A program made the position numbers and the translations under genes. A stretch of 64,000 bases of DNA from the human T2T-CHM13v2.0 reference genome, Homo sapiens, in NCBI RefSeq assembly GCF_009914755.1, contig NC_060927.1. One strand, 5' to 3'. Position 1 is the stretch's first letter. Every line of letters starts with the position of its first letter. Below, piece by piece: positions 50,581 to 64,000 of this stretch. The notes beneath the pieces were generated by a model. That model was not told the DNA's origin and searched no databases. It worked only from the letters and a program-made list of their open reading frames with translations.

Positions 50581-51206
50581 TACCCTGTGCCCTTTCCCTA
50601 TCTGGAACAGGATGGGAGTATGGTTTGACCTCAAGCTTCATAAATGCTCATTCATGGAATTTCTCCACATCTTGCCCTTTGCCAAGTACAATTTACTGAA
50701 CATTTATTGAAGGAATGGAGAGGGAACAGGGATGACCCATTGTCTCCTATGCTGCGGGGGTAGAGGGTTGAAACTCCCTCTAGCTGCATTTCTCAGCAAA
50801 CACACTGGTCATAATGCATCTTGTTGGGACAGGTTGTGTCCCTCTTTCTAGAATTTCCTCCCCTGTCCCCTTGTTCTTTCCTTAGCTAACTTTGAATAGC
50901 CCTTGAAAATAGTTTAAATGGCTGCTCCTTGAGGAAACTGCCTGAGCCCCAGGCTGACCTCACTGTCCTCCCCTTACATGGGGGTGGCCCTGGGCCCACC
51001 TGTGGCCTGGCAGGGGTCCCACCCATCACTGATGTACTGGTCTCTCTCATTCACTTGATGACCTATTCATTAAGGGAAGGGATAGTGTCTTATTGAGTTG
51101 TGTATTTTAATAGTGAGTGGCATATTAGATAAATAAATGTTGAGCCAATGGATGCAGCTAAGAACTTTGAGAAATCCATCTTTCTCATTAAGGTCAAGAC
51201 TCCTAA

Positions 51207-51500
<294 letters not shown>

Positions 51501-52814
51501 CACAGAAAAATTTTTTTTAAAATCAGTTACCTAATAAAATTATTCAAAGAGTTAAGATAGTGCTTGGCACAAAATAGGCCAACAATAAATTAGTTATTAT
51601 TACATCTTCTAAGAATGCCTACTTCTAAATAAGTTAATTCTTAACATCCCTCCATAGTCTCCCAATCTGAAACTTCCCTGGTTCAGAAAGCCCTCTTCTG
51701 CCATTAGCAGCATCCCATTTGTTTCACGTTTTATTCACCACTCTTCTAAATATTTCCTCCAGCTACTCTGCTCTTAAGCGTCACCCTCTTGACCCAAATT
51801 TTGTGTCCTCTGAGGCCTCTGGAGGGCCTTGCAGGGAGGTGGGAGTCTGAGGCAGCTGGAGAGAGAAGAGAAAGTCTTCTTGCTTTGCCTGAATCAGAAG
51901 GCATCAACTGATGGTTCTCAGATATGTTTGTTTGGCCCACAAAGGCGACACACTGTGTTTTAAAATAAAGGATACTAGCTGCCAATATTAATTAATAAAA
52001 ATTGGGATTTCTGTCAACACTAGGCCCAAATTCTTACAAGGCAATAATCAGGTGGGGCAGAAACTGAGATGGCCCCTTTCGAGCATTCGTGCTCCTGTTC
52101 GCCACAAACACCCCTGCGCCCGCCCCAACTCCCTATTCTGCCCCAGCTGAGTTCAAACGTTGGGGCTGATTTCATGACATTCACAGTTTCTCCAAGTGTT
52201 ATTTTCCTCATAGGAAGAGGAAAGTGAAATATTTCTTGTCCCTATGTCTCAAACTAAAGAAAAAAATGAGAGTGAGACCCAGGAGGTCATATGTTTTGAG
52301 AAAAATAAAGTGAATGTACTCTTTGCGTAAGTGAAGAATTTGATACAAAGTTAATATGTAAGCCCAAATGTGTCTGGTTCAGAAGAATACAATTCAAGAG
52401 GCCATTCTGAAAACAGTCTGGCCCAAATCACTTATTTTCTTACCTTATATGCCTAACCCTGTTGTCATTTGGGCTTAAAACCTCTGGTCAAATTGACAGA
52501 GCCTCTTGGAACTCAAACCCACCCGAGATCCAAAAGTTCATTACTGAATGGATTTAGGTTCCATCTCTTCCTATTTTCAAATTGAAGATGGACTAGGCTG
52601 ACCGGTGGCTTTGGGGACTGGAGTGGGAAGAACACTCTTACTTCTCAGCCAAGCTCCTGTTTTCTTTCGCTATAAGACAGGTATTAATAGCAAGATGAAG
52701 GGAGGCAGGATGTTCTAAGATGGATAAACCACAGAATCCAATGTGCCTGGAGAGTGTGAACTACTGTTTGGATTAGACAGCTCTATTTTTAATCAATCAT
52801 GAGTAATTATTTTT

Positions 52815-53790
<976 letters not shown>

Positions 53791-54291
53791 AAATTAGAAT
53801 AACAGTGAAGAGAAACATAAACCTATGAAAATTACCTAAAAAATGGGAATGTCCCTTGATCCTCTCTTTCTCAGAGAGCAGGTGGAAGTCATAAGCTGTC
53901 CATTTATTTCTTTCAATTATTAATGAGTCCTGGGCTTCCATTGAATGGCCTGGGCCCTACAGACCTTTGAGAGTGCTGTGTCTTATGACTTTGGTTGGTT
54001 GAGTAATATGGCCTTGTGGCATCCATATTTTAGACTCTGCATAAACCCTTAACCCTACACTCCATGCTAACAGATCTTAGATTTTTCTGTACTAATTTGC
54101 ACAGGACCTGCTCATCCTGGCACATGTGGTATCACTTGGGCTGTACCTGTTTCCATTTTCTTCTCCGTTTTTACAAATCAAATACTTCCCACAAGTCTCA
54201 GCTTGAAGCTGTCTTCTGTGTTAAGTCATTATGGGAGCCCAGGGCTTAGCTTTTCTTTTGACATTTTTCTGCACTTAAGAATGAAGCTTGG

Positions 54292-54591
54292 AGCCAGCAT
54301 GGTGGCTCATGCCTGTAATCCCAGCACTTTGGGAGGCTGAGGTGGGAAGATCACTTGAGTTTAGGAATTTGAGACCAGCCTGGGCAACTAAGTGGGACCT
54401 CACCTCTACAAAGGATAAAAAACAAATTAGCTGGATGTAGTTGTGCCTGCCTGTAGTCCCAGCTACTCAGGTGGCTGAGTGGGGAGGATTGCTTAAGCCT
54501 AGGAGGTCAAGGCTGCAGTGAGCTGTGACTATGCCACTGCACTCCAGCCTGGGTGACAGAACAAGACCCTGTCTCCAAAAAAAAAAAAAAA
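54292..54591 (+). mobile_element. AluJ
   Basis: Alu consensus (gaggtcaaggctgcagtgagctgtg). Confidence 0.9.
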
Positions 54592-55309
54592 GTTTGGGCC
54601 TCAGCATTTGTTCAATACCTCCTATAGCAGGGGGCAGACAAGGAAGGGTAATTCATATATCTTGAGAAGTTGTAAAAGAAGTGCATAAAGTCAATGAATT
54701 CTAAAACAAAAAAGAAAATAACAACAGCTCATGGAAATCCAAAGAAACCACAGAAAAGGTGGCATTTAAAATGGGCCATGAAGACTGCAGATTGTGAGCT
54801 GTGTGTGAAGGTGGGAGGCTTTGTAGGCTAAGAGAAAAGCTGGCTATGGGCATAAAGTGGTCACACTTACAGTGATATATGCAAAGTGTATCTGGGGCTG
54901 AAACAGTATGCATTCTAAAGTGGTTGAGAAAAGGGATCAGAAGAGATAGGCTGAATATCTTATATAGGCCCTTATGCTGTGCACAGTGGTACCTTAGTCT
55001 GGGGTTTCAGGACAATAATTCTTGCAGGAAGACGGAAGGTGGACTGGATAAGGGTGTTATTGGAAGAATGGGCACCAATCAGTAGAGTTTCAGGTGGAAG
55101 ATAATCACCCAAATGTAGGCAGCAGTTGGAAAGGGGCAGCTAGTTTTCAAGCAACCAGTGTATAATTTTTTCTCTGTGATTCTGAAATCCCAAAAGCTGA
55201 AACCAAAATTTTTTTTCCTGAGCTTGCAGAAAACATATTTGGTAGAAAAACATAACCTAAACAGATGTGAAGCTATTTATTGTCTTTGTCTTTATCTCAC
55301 CTAGATTAA

Positions 55310-55805
55310 AAGACAGCCACAATTCTTTACTGCTCCTCCCATCCACAGGTGGTATCTGTTTCCCCTCTGCGTGACTCTGGCTGGCCTTGTCATTCATTGG
55401 CTTAGACCAATAGAATGTGGTGGAAATGAGTCCGTGTAACCTTCAGGGCTGGGCCTTAAGAGATCTGCTTCTGCATTTGCCCCTCTTAGAAAGTCTCTTC
55501 CAGTAGCCAGCTGCCAGGTAGAAGTCCAACCACCATGAGCTTATCATACTGTTAGAAAGCCCAAGTTGAAAGGGCACTGAAATGCTCAAATGGGAATGAA
55601 GACTTTTTGGACTTTCTGGCCCTGCCAAGTCACCAACTGAAAGCAGCTGAGTAAATGACTCCAATCACACCATGCAAAGCAGAAGAACCTGCCAGCCAAG
55701 CCCTTCCCAAATTCCTGACACAACAGATTTCTGAGCAAATAAAATGGTGATTTTAAGCCACTAATATTTTGTGAACATTTATTACATTGCAGTAGATAAT
55801 CCAAG
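55310..55805 (+). mobile_element. MLT1 LTR
   Basis: gccacaattctttactgctcctcccatc...gaccaatagaatgtggtggaa...ccagccaagcccttcccaaattcctgac...ttttaagccacta. Confidence 0.75.
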
Positions 55806-56126
55806 CATACACTTATGTCATTCATGATTTCCCTTGCAGAAAATTAGTATATTAGAGTGTCACCCCAGACCTTACCAAAGGTATTATGTAATATATGGTA
55901 CATGCACATTTTACCTTTCTAAATTGAAAAACAAAATCTGAATTTAGAAATTCATCTGACCCCAGGAATTTTAAGAGAGGATTGTCCTTTGTTAATATTA
56001 TGGAAATAAAGTTGTCTAGACTCCGTCTTTTACGTTCACTAAATGTCATGCATAATGCTTGAGTCTCCTCCAGCCATTTCATGTATGTATCTCTTATTTC
56101 CCCAAACTCATTAACAGTTTCTCTAA

Positions 56127-56311
56127 AGCAGCAGCTAACTTCAGCATGCATCAGTGTCTTTTGGAGGGCTTGTTCAAACACAGCTTCCTGGCTCCACCCT
56201 CAGAGTTTCTGATTCAGAGGGTCTGGGGGTAGGGCTTGAGACCTTGCATTTTTGATAAGTTCCCAGGGAACTTACCTGCTGTTGGTCCAAGGACCACTTT
56301 GAGAACTACTG
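56127..56311. mobile_element. MER5A MITE
   Basis: ccctcagagtttctgattcagagggtctgggg...ttgcattt...aagttcccagg...gaccactttgagaactactg. Confidence 0.8.
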
Positions 56312-57049
56312 CTCCAGGGAGAAGTGCTATATTTTAAATTTTAAGAATTTACCCACCAGCCCAAGGTGCTTACCAAATGCACATGGATGGAATTTCTCCA
56401 AATCTACATCTTTGCCATGCTTTTGAAGCCTTAACTTTTACTCCTGGAGGTCTTCCTGGCTAGGCCCTAGACTTAAAAGACACTAATTCCTTGTTTTATT
56501 TTATTAGATTGTCGTTTTTGCTTTCTTCTCAGCACACTTGATAAGACACTGTGAAGAAAATGTCCCTTCTGATCTCGTTTTTAACCTGTCTTGGAACAGA
56601 TCAGCAGAAATGCCTTCACTGTGAATCAAAGATACCCTCGATTTATAGCCAAAGATTATTTCCTTTTCTTTTGGTGGCTTCCAGATAAAATGTTTCTTGC
56701 TACCCTTTCACAAAATAGAAGGAGGGACCAAGCGGAAGATAATCTTTTTGTTCAGAGGTCCATCGGTCAAAGCCTGCATTTTAGAGATGGCATTACTGAG
56801 GTCCAAAAACTAGAGCCACTCGCTCTGGGTCATACAGCCGATAAACGCACGCAGCCGAGCTCAGTTCTTCCCTGACCCTGTTACAAACTGCCTCACTAAA
56901 TGAGGACCCCCATCCCCTTCCCATGCCAGGAAAGCACAGCTCATTTGTCCTAAAGTTAACATTACACAAATCACACCCTTCAAGCCTTCTTGAAACATTT
57001 TTTTTCCCCGAGGGTGACGGGACGGTTACGCTGATTCATCCTGGCCAGG

Positions 57050-58330
57050 GACCCCAAACATCTCCCCTCCTCCGGCCCAGGCGCCGTCACCCAGGCTCCA
57101 CCGGTCCGCGGGACAGAGCCGCGGAGAGCGCCTGGAAGCGTCGCGCCCTCAAAGCCAAGCGATTAAGTTGGTTCCTCAAATTGTTCCCGACAGGAGGGGC
57201 AGGAAATAACACCGGGCTCTGGCGGCGGCCGCAGCAGGAGGGGGAGAAGAGCGGGCCGTCTCCCGGGCAGTGCTGGCGGCCTCTCATCGATCTCGGGTCT
57301 AAGGTCCGGCCGGGTCATCATTCCTGCCATTTCCACAGCATTCGAGGTACCACATCACCCCCTGCCTCGGTCGTCGCTCAGTCATTCCCTCCGCGCCGAG
57401 TCCTGGAGCGGCGGAGTCCCTGGAGGCCTGGGTTTCCTTAAGGGGCCCCAATGCCCGCAGCCCCCGACCCGCCCAGGTGGAAGGAAACAGGCTGCGGGCC
57501 TGGGCCAGGCGGGGCCTGACAGAAGTAAAGGCCGGGAGGGGGAGCGGAAGACGGCCAGAAGGACCCCTGCGCCCTCTCCTCCGCGCCGCCCGCCAGGCTG
57601 CCAACCCAGCCACCCTGGGTGCGACGCGGCGCCTTCTCCGCCGCTGGGAGTCGGGCAACAGGTGAAGAGGGCGGGCGTCCGCGGCGCCTCCGCGGGGCGG
57701 TCCCTCTCCTGCCCGCCTCCCGCCCGCCCCTCTCCACGCCCCCTCCCCTCCTCCGGGCCTCCACCGCCTTCCCCGGCTGCCCGGCAGCCTCCCCTCGCTC
57801 GCTCTCCTCTTCCTCTAGGGCCCCAGCGCAGCTCGGGAGCCCGCGCACCGAGGCGCTAGGGGCACCGCGCACTAGAGGGACACCCGCCGCGCCTGGACAG
57901 CCCCCGGCGGGCGCCCCCCTCGCACCTCCTGCCCCGCGCGGGCCGCGCTCCCCTCCCCCGCGCCTGTGTCCCCAGGGCGCAGGGCCGCGCGTCCAGCCCC
58001 AGACCCGCCGGGGTCCCTGGGGACGCGCCAGCCCGGCAGTGGCTCGACGATGGAGGAGCCGCAGCGCGCCCGCTCGCACACAGTCACCACCACCGCCAGC
58101 TCCTTCGCAGAGAACTTCTCCACCAGCAGCAGCAGCTTCGCCTACGACCGGGAGTTCCTCCGCACCCTGCCCGGCTTCCTCATCGTGGCCGAGATCGTGA
58201 GTGCCGACGGGCCGGGGGTGGCGGGGGGCTCAGCTGGACCCCGGCGCGTGCTTCCGCCGTGCTTCTCGGGATGGAGCCTGCTCAGATCTTCCCGCGGGCT
58301 TTAGGGAACCGTTTTTGCTCAGCCTCGCCT
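57050..58330 (+). promoter_or_regulatory. CpG-island promoter and 5' UTR of CMTM8
   Basis: Abrupt rise in GC and CpG density relative to the rest of the window. Several Sp/KLF GC boxes (GGGCGG 57669, GGGGCGG 57694, CCCGCC 57712 onward). No evident TATA box. Directly upstream of and spanning exon 1. Confidence 0.9.
58050..58196 (+). CDS. CMTM8: CMTM8 (CKLF-like MARVEL transmembrane domain containing 8), first coding exon, codons 1-49
   Basis: Translates MEEPQRARSHTVTTTASSFAENFSTSSSSFAYDREFLRTLPGFLIVAEI, recognised as the CMTM8 N-terminus and start of the MARVEL domain (FLRTLPGFLIVAEI). Strong Kozak context (A at -3, G at +4). Followed by phase-0 donor ATC|GTGAGT at 58197. Lies in a CpG island. 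Confidence 0.96.
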
Positions 58331-59857
58331 TCTTCCCAAAGTGAAAGACTCTAAACAAGGTCCAGGAAACTCGGGCTGTCCTGGGAAGAAAGGGTTGTGA
58401 TCCTCAGGATGTCTTGCTGTGGGAGAAATTCAGCTTGTTGGGTCCTCTCGGTGGCGGCGGCAGATCCTGGGAGCAGGAAGCTTGGCTTAGTGGCTATTGA
58501 GTTTGTGTTGAGTGTCAGAGACACCTGGTGCCTTTCTCACCTGATCTCCACGTGGATGGCCTCCTCCCTGAAAATAAAGCTTCCTAAGATCAGGGGAAGA
58601 GGAAAGGGCTTCTTTCTTTTCCTAATTATCTCCCTGGTAGTAACATTGAGGTGAGTCAGGAAAATTTTACTGAATAAAATCTGAGTGCCATAACCTATTT
58701 TAGGACCAAAGAGGTCTTTTGCATGGTGCTGTGCACATCCTGGTTTAGGCTCAGAACATTCCTGGGAAGGAGGCAGGGCATGGGCGTTCTTCTCTTCATT
58801 GGAGGGCATAGAGGCTGAAAACTCACGTGATCTTCCCAGAAGTCCCAGCCAGTCCTTCATAGCTGAGAAAGGACTGGAGTCCTGTCAGCAGTTAGAGGTG
58901 GTCACTGTTTGAGTCTTCTTCGTGTACCAGGATCTTGTCAAGCCCTTTAGATGTCCTCATACCCTCGTGTAATCCAACGACCACCCTCCCCTGTGAAGGC
59001 CTAGAGAGGGGACGTAAATCACACCGGTGGATGGTGAAGCATGGATTCAAACCCAGGCCTGCCTTTCTGCAGGGCCGTGCTCATAACTGCAAGCAGTTGA
59101 GACAGCTTCCAGCTGCCCCAGCAGTGCCCCTCTGTCATCTCTCACAGACTTTTGTTAAATATTTGGGAATTGAAAATGAGCCTATGTGGGAGTTAGAGAA
59201 TGGGCACACCATCATGGTGCAGAAGTGACTGAAGACCTGGGCGGTTCCTTTGAGAAACCTGAAGTAAATCTTGTGTACCTCAAGTAGCTTGCTTGCTCCC
59301 CCAGTCTCAGATACCACCCGGACCTGCTCTATGAAGCCCCTGGTGGTCATAATGCACATAAGGTATGAGAAGTGTTGGCTTAGCTCCTCTCCCAGCTGGT
59401 TCCCTCAGCGAGTATTGAGGACTTCAGGAGACTCAAAAGCTGAAGGTATTGGAATCGCCTTGCAGGGCCTAGCTTTTAGGAGTTCAACAAATATTTGCTG
59501 TGCAAATGAAGGAGTTGGCAGGCTCCTCTGCTTCAGCAGCGCAAACAAAAGCTAAAATGACAGAGATGGGCCTTCTACCTTGGGGTGGATTTGGGCCAGG
59601 CATGAAGTATAACGCCTTTGGGTTTTTTCCTGATTTATTATCGATATGCTCTGTGTACTGCGCTTTTTCAGGAAATACAAAAGTGAAAGAAATGTAAGTG
59701 GCCCACAATCCCATTACTAGAAATAATCACTGTTGACATGTTAGCATGTATCCTTTTAGATTTCATTAAGCGTTTTGAAAAAGATGGGAAAACATGTAAG
59801 CAAAATCACCCTTATTACTACTATAGTTTTTATTTTTGACAGAGCTAATTATGCACC

Positions 59858-60162
59858 TTTTTTGTTTGTTTTGTTTTGTTTTGAGACAGGGTTTTGCTCT
59901 GTCTCCCAGGCTGAGGTGCGGTGGCACCATCATGGTTCACTGCCGCCTTGACCTCTTGGGCTCAAGCGATCTTCCCATCTCAGCCTCCCAAGTAGCTGAG
60001 ACCACAGGCATGCACCAACACACTTGGATAATTTTTAATTTTTTTCTAGGGACGGGGTCTCTCTGTGTTGCCCAGGCTGCTCTGAAACTCCTAGGCTCAA
60101 GCAATCCTCCTGCCTTGGCCTCCTAAGGTGCTGGGATTGTAGGCATGAACCACTGTGCCCCA
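59858..60162 (-). mobile_element. AluJ (intronic)
   Basis: Alu consensus. Confidence 0.9.
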
Positions 60163-60399
60163 CCTTATGCACATATTTTAAAGATTCGGTCCTACAGGCA
60201 GAAATATAAGTTTCTCCCAGTGTCTTCATCTCTTTGAGCTCTAAACAACGTGTTTATAATGCTGTTTATTGGTGTTCCCTCACCCACCCAGTCATAGACA
60301 TTATCCATTGCCTTTCTACTCTGAAAGATGAGGCTTTAGCTGGGATGCCCTCTTCCCTGCCTCCAATTATACATACCCTCTTCCTGTCTCCCAATATAG

Positions 60400-60798
60400 G
60401 TCCAAACACTTCTGATGGTTCAACTTAGGAATTTTCAGCTTTACAGATGTTGTAAAAGCAGTATGCATTCAGTAGAAATCATACTTCGAATTTTGAATTT
60501 TGGTCTTTTCCCAGGCTAATGATATTCGGTAGATATTTTTTCATGATGCTGGTCAGCTCTCAGCCACCCATGCCATCACCAGCGCAAACCACCCATCCTC
60601 TCCAGCATGCTGTGCTGCTGGGTGATTCTGCCAGCTGTAGGCTAACCTAAGTGTTCTGAGCACGTTTAAGATAGGCTAGGCTTAGCTATGATGTTTGGTA
60701 GGCTAGGGGTATTAAATGCATTTTTGACTTCGGATACTTTCCACTTAGGATGGGTTTATCAGGATGTAACCTCATTGTTAAGTCAAGGGGCATCTGTA
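60400..60798. mobile_element. Tigger2-family (TcMar) non-autonomous element
   Basis: gtgttctgagcacgtttaag.taggctaggct.agctatgatgtttggtagg.taggggtattaaatgcatttt; ends ...gcatctg+TA. Confidence 0.65.
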
Positions 60799-61402
60799 TA
60801 GTCTTCAGGTGATTTGGGTTAGATCAGCAGCCAGTGTTGACCTATGACACTGTAAATACCACTTACAACTGACCCAGTGCGTAGACTATGAATGCTTTTC
60901 CTTTCCTGCCCAATTTCTTGTTTGCCCTGGTGTTAGTAATTCTCTTTTCTCATTTCATAATTTCTCCAGATATTTAGTCACTAATTTAACCCTAGTTGTT
61001 TAAGTCTCCTATCAAGAAGCTGAGAGACATCAGGTATTCTGTCAGAATCGTCTTCATGACTGGCCTCTCTGGGAGCCTCTGGCCTGGTGGCCTGCACACA
61101 GCTGGCCGACTGGGCTCTCCTGCACCATCACTCTGAAGATTCTCTTCCTTTCTTTCCTGGGTTGGATCCTCTGCTTCCCATGTCCAGTGTCCTCTGTCTT
61201 GCTTTGCTCCCACTGGGGGGACACACAGCCTCTTGTAGTTTTCTAAGAAAGCATGCATGTGGAAATGGAAATTTGCACCTTTCAGAATAGCTTGATTCTA
61301 TACACAATTCCTAGTTCAACTAGGTAGAGAGTGTTAGACTGAAAATGTTTTTCTTCAGAATTTAAAATGTATTCTTTTATTGTCCTTTAGCTATTCTGAT
61401 TT

Positions 61403-61704
61403 AATTTTGTTTTGTTTTGTTTGAGACAGTGTCTTACTCTGTCATCAGGCTGGAGTGTAGTGGTATGATCACAGTGCAACCTACCCCTCCTGGGCTCAAG
61501 TGATCCTCCCACCTCAGCCTCCCAAGCCAGCTGTGACCACAGGCATGGGCCACCATGCCTGGTGGATGATTTTTTTGTATTTTTTGTAGAGACAGGGTTT
61601 CGCCATGTTGCTCAGGCTGGTCTCGAACTCCTGAACTCAAGTGATCTGCCCACCTCGGCCTCCCAAAGTTCTGGGATTATAGGCATGGGCCACTGCACCT
61701 GGCT
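61403..61704 (-). mobile_element. AluJ (intronic)
   Basis: Alu consensus. Confidence 0.9.
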
Positions 61705-61937
61705 GTAAAAATTTTTATTTCAATTATTTATCTCCCTCTACCCCCTGACTTCTGGAAATGTGTTGAACCTTCTTTTTCCCAGAGATCTAAAATATCACAA
61801 TGATGTGCCTTCATATGAGTGTGTTTTCTCCCAGTGTACTGGGCACCTGGTGTGTTCTCTCAAATAAGGAAAATTCACGTAAGTTTCAGGAGACTCCTCC
61901 CCATTTTTACAAAGGTATTTTAGTAAACAAAATACAA

Positions 61938-62268
<331 letters not shown>

Positions 62269-62325
62269 CAAAATAAAATGATAGCTCTCTTAAAAGTTTA
62301 TAAAAATAAACATTTATACATTGTT

Positions 62326-62738
<413 letters not shown>

Positions 62739-63276
62739 TCAGGAAGGCAGTACAGCTCACTGTGGTTGAATGCATTTGACCTGTGTTCAGTTTCTGGTTC
62801 TGCTCTTCACCATGTACAGTGTGAGCCATTCTTTCAATTCGAAAGTATCTCATAGAGTTGTCAGGACCCAAACAACACAGCTGTGCATGAAATGCTTAGC
62901 AAAATACCCTGGATTACTCTTCAGTTATCTCCTTCTCTCATTGATGCCTCTCTTCAGCTTCCAGTTTTGCTGTTTTGCTTCCAGCCTTTTCCTTTGGTAT
63001 ATTTTAACTCCAGCAAATGCCAGACAGAGAATTAATGGTTTCTCTGCCAAGATATTATAGCAGCAGGGATGAGTATTCAAGCATCTTCCAGTTCATGGTA
63101 GACCAACTTTGAATTCACTCCTGATCAACATAGCTGCCCCCTGCGCCGCCCTGACAAGTACGTGAGGAGAGGGAGCTGTGGAAGGTCAGGTCCAGGGAGC
63201 TAGAAGGTTTGATAGTTTCTGGCTGCAGAACCACCTGCACTTGCCCTGCACACCAACCAAGATCTTACCTAAGGAG

Positions 63277-63559
63277 TTTTTTTGAGACAGAGTCTCACTG
63301 TGTCACCCAGGCTGGAGAGTGCAGTGGCACAATCATAGCTCACTGCAACCTGGAACTCCTGGGCTCGAACAGTCCTCCCGCCACAGTCTCCTGAGGAACT
63401 GGGATTACAGACATGCACTGCCAATTCTCAGCTAATTTTTTGTTTAGAAACGGGGGTCTCACTGTGTTGCCTAGGCTAGCCTTGAGCTCCTGGCCTCAAG
63501 CAGTTCTCCTCCTTAGGCCTCCAAAAACACTGGGATTGCAGGCATGAGCCGTTGCGGCC
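63277..63559 (-). mobile_element. AluJ (intronic)
   Basis: Diverged Alu consensus. Confidence 0.85.
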
Positions 63560-64000
63560 AGAAGATTTTTTGTTTAATTCGAATTTTCTCTTTCCATTTT
63601 CTCAGTTCTTTCTAAAACTCCTTTTATACTTTTTTCTTTGCATATATTTTCTCATGATTTTTTTCTAACTGATCTGTGATATGCTGTTTGCTTTTACTAT
63701 GCCGTGAACATTTTTCAGGGTCTTGGACCTTTTGAATTATTACCGTTTTCTGTCGTAAAGAAGTACCATACCTGGTTTCCCCAGTTTTCTATTTTAAAAC
63801 TAATGTGTTTCTAGGGTTTACTAGCATAACCAGTGCTGTAGCAATCTTTTTCTTTGTCTGTCTTTCCACATTTGTCCAGTGCTTTTCTTGAGGAAAAGTT
63901 CCTTGAGGTAGAATTGTTGGGCTAAAGGGTATATAAATCTAAGGGTTTTGTGACATAGTCTGAAGTTATCTTCCCCAAAGTTCTACTGGTTGAAACTGTC

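Noticed and set aside
57966-58049. In-frame GTG/CTG N-terminal extension of CMTM8
   Set aside because: Near-cognate codons in weak context; the ATG at 58050 has a strong Kozak context and matches the known N-terminus. Would need Ribo-seq support.
56923-58200. Long overlapping ORFs on both strands (172, 213, 193 aa etc.)
   Set aside because: Low-complexity Pro/Arg/Gly/Ala frames expected from stop-codon scarcity in a CpG island; no recognisable domain.
58197-58304. ORF continuation VSADGPGVAGG... after CMTM8 codon 49
   Set aside because: Read-through into intron 1 past the GTGAGT donor.
63130-63165. CTCF-like gctgccccctgcgcc and HIF-like TACGTG
   Set aside because: Lacks the conserved CC positions of the CTCF core; single short motifs are insufficient.

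Overview
Primate, almost certainly human, genomic DNA. The only protein-coding element is exon 1 of CMTM8 (ATG 58050, GT donor after 58196), inside a CpG island at about 57050-58330; about 5.8 kb of intron 1 follows. The upstream ~57 kb is repeat-rich intergenic DNA. It holds a full-length, multiply disabled RPSA processed pseudogene (9748-10781), about 30 Alu/FLAM copies, old L1M, L2, L3(CR1) and MIR fragments, MaLR LTRs (MLT1, MST, a THE1 solo LTR with an exact TSD), a truncated HERV-L (MLT2A LTR plus dUTPase region), and MER5/MER53/MER81/Tigger DNA-transposon fossils. Nearly all ORFs in the track are spurious repeat-derived or GC-rich frames. I found no convincing novel gene system. The most unusual structure is a 180-bp, 96%-identical inverted duplication of an ancient MLT1 LTR segment (40203-40382 / 40834-41013). 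Other notable features are two reused retrotransposon target sites, a micro inverted triplication, and candidate DUX4 and CMTM8 regulatory motifs. Repeat subfamily names come from my recall of consensus sequences and need RepeatMasker/Dfam confirmation.
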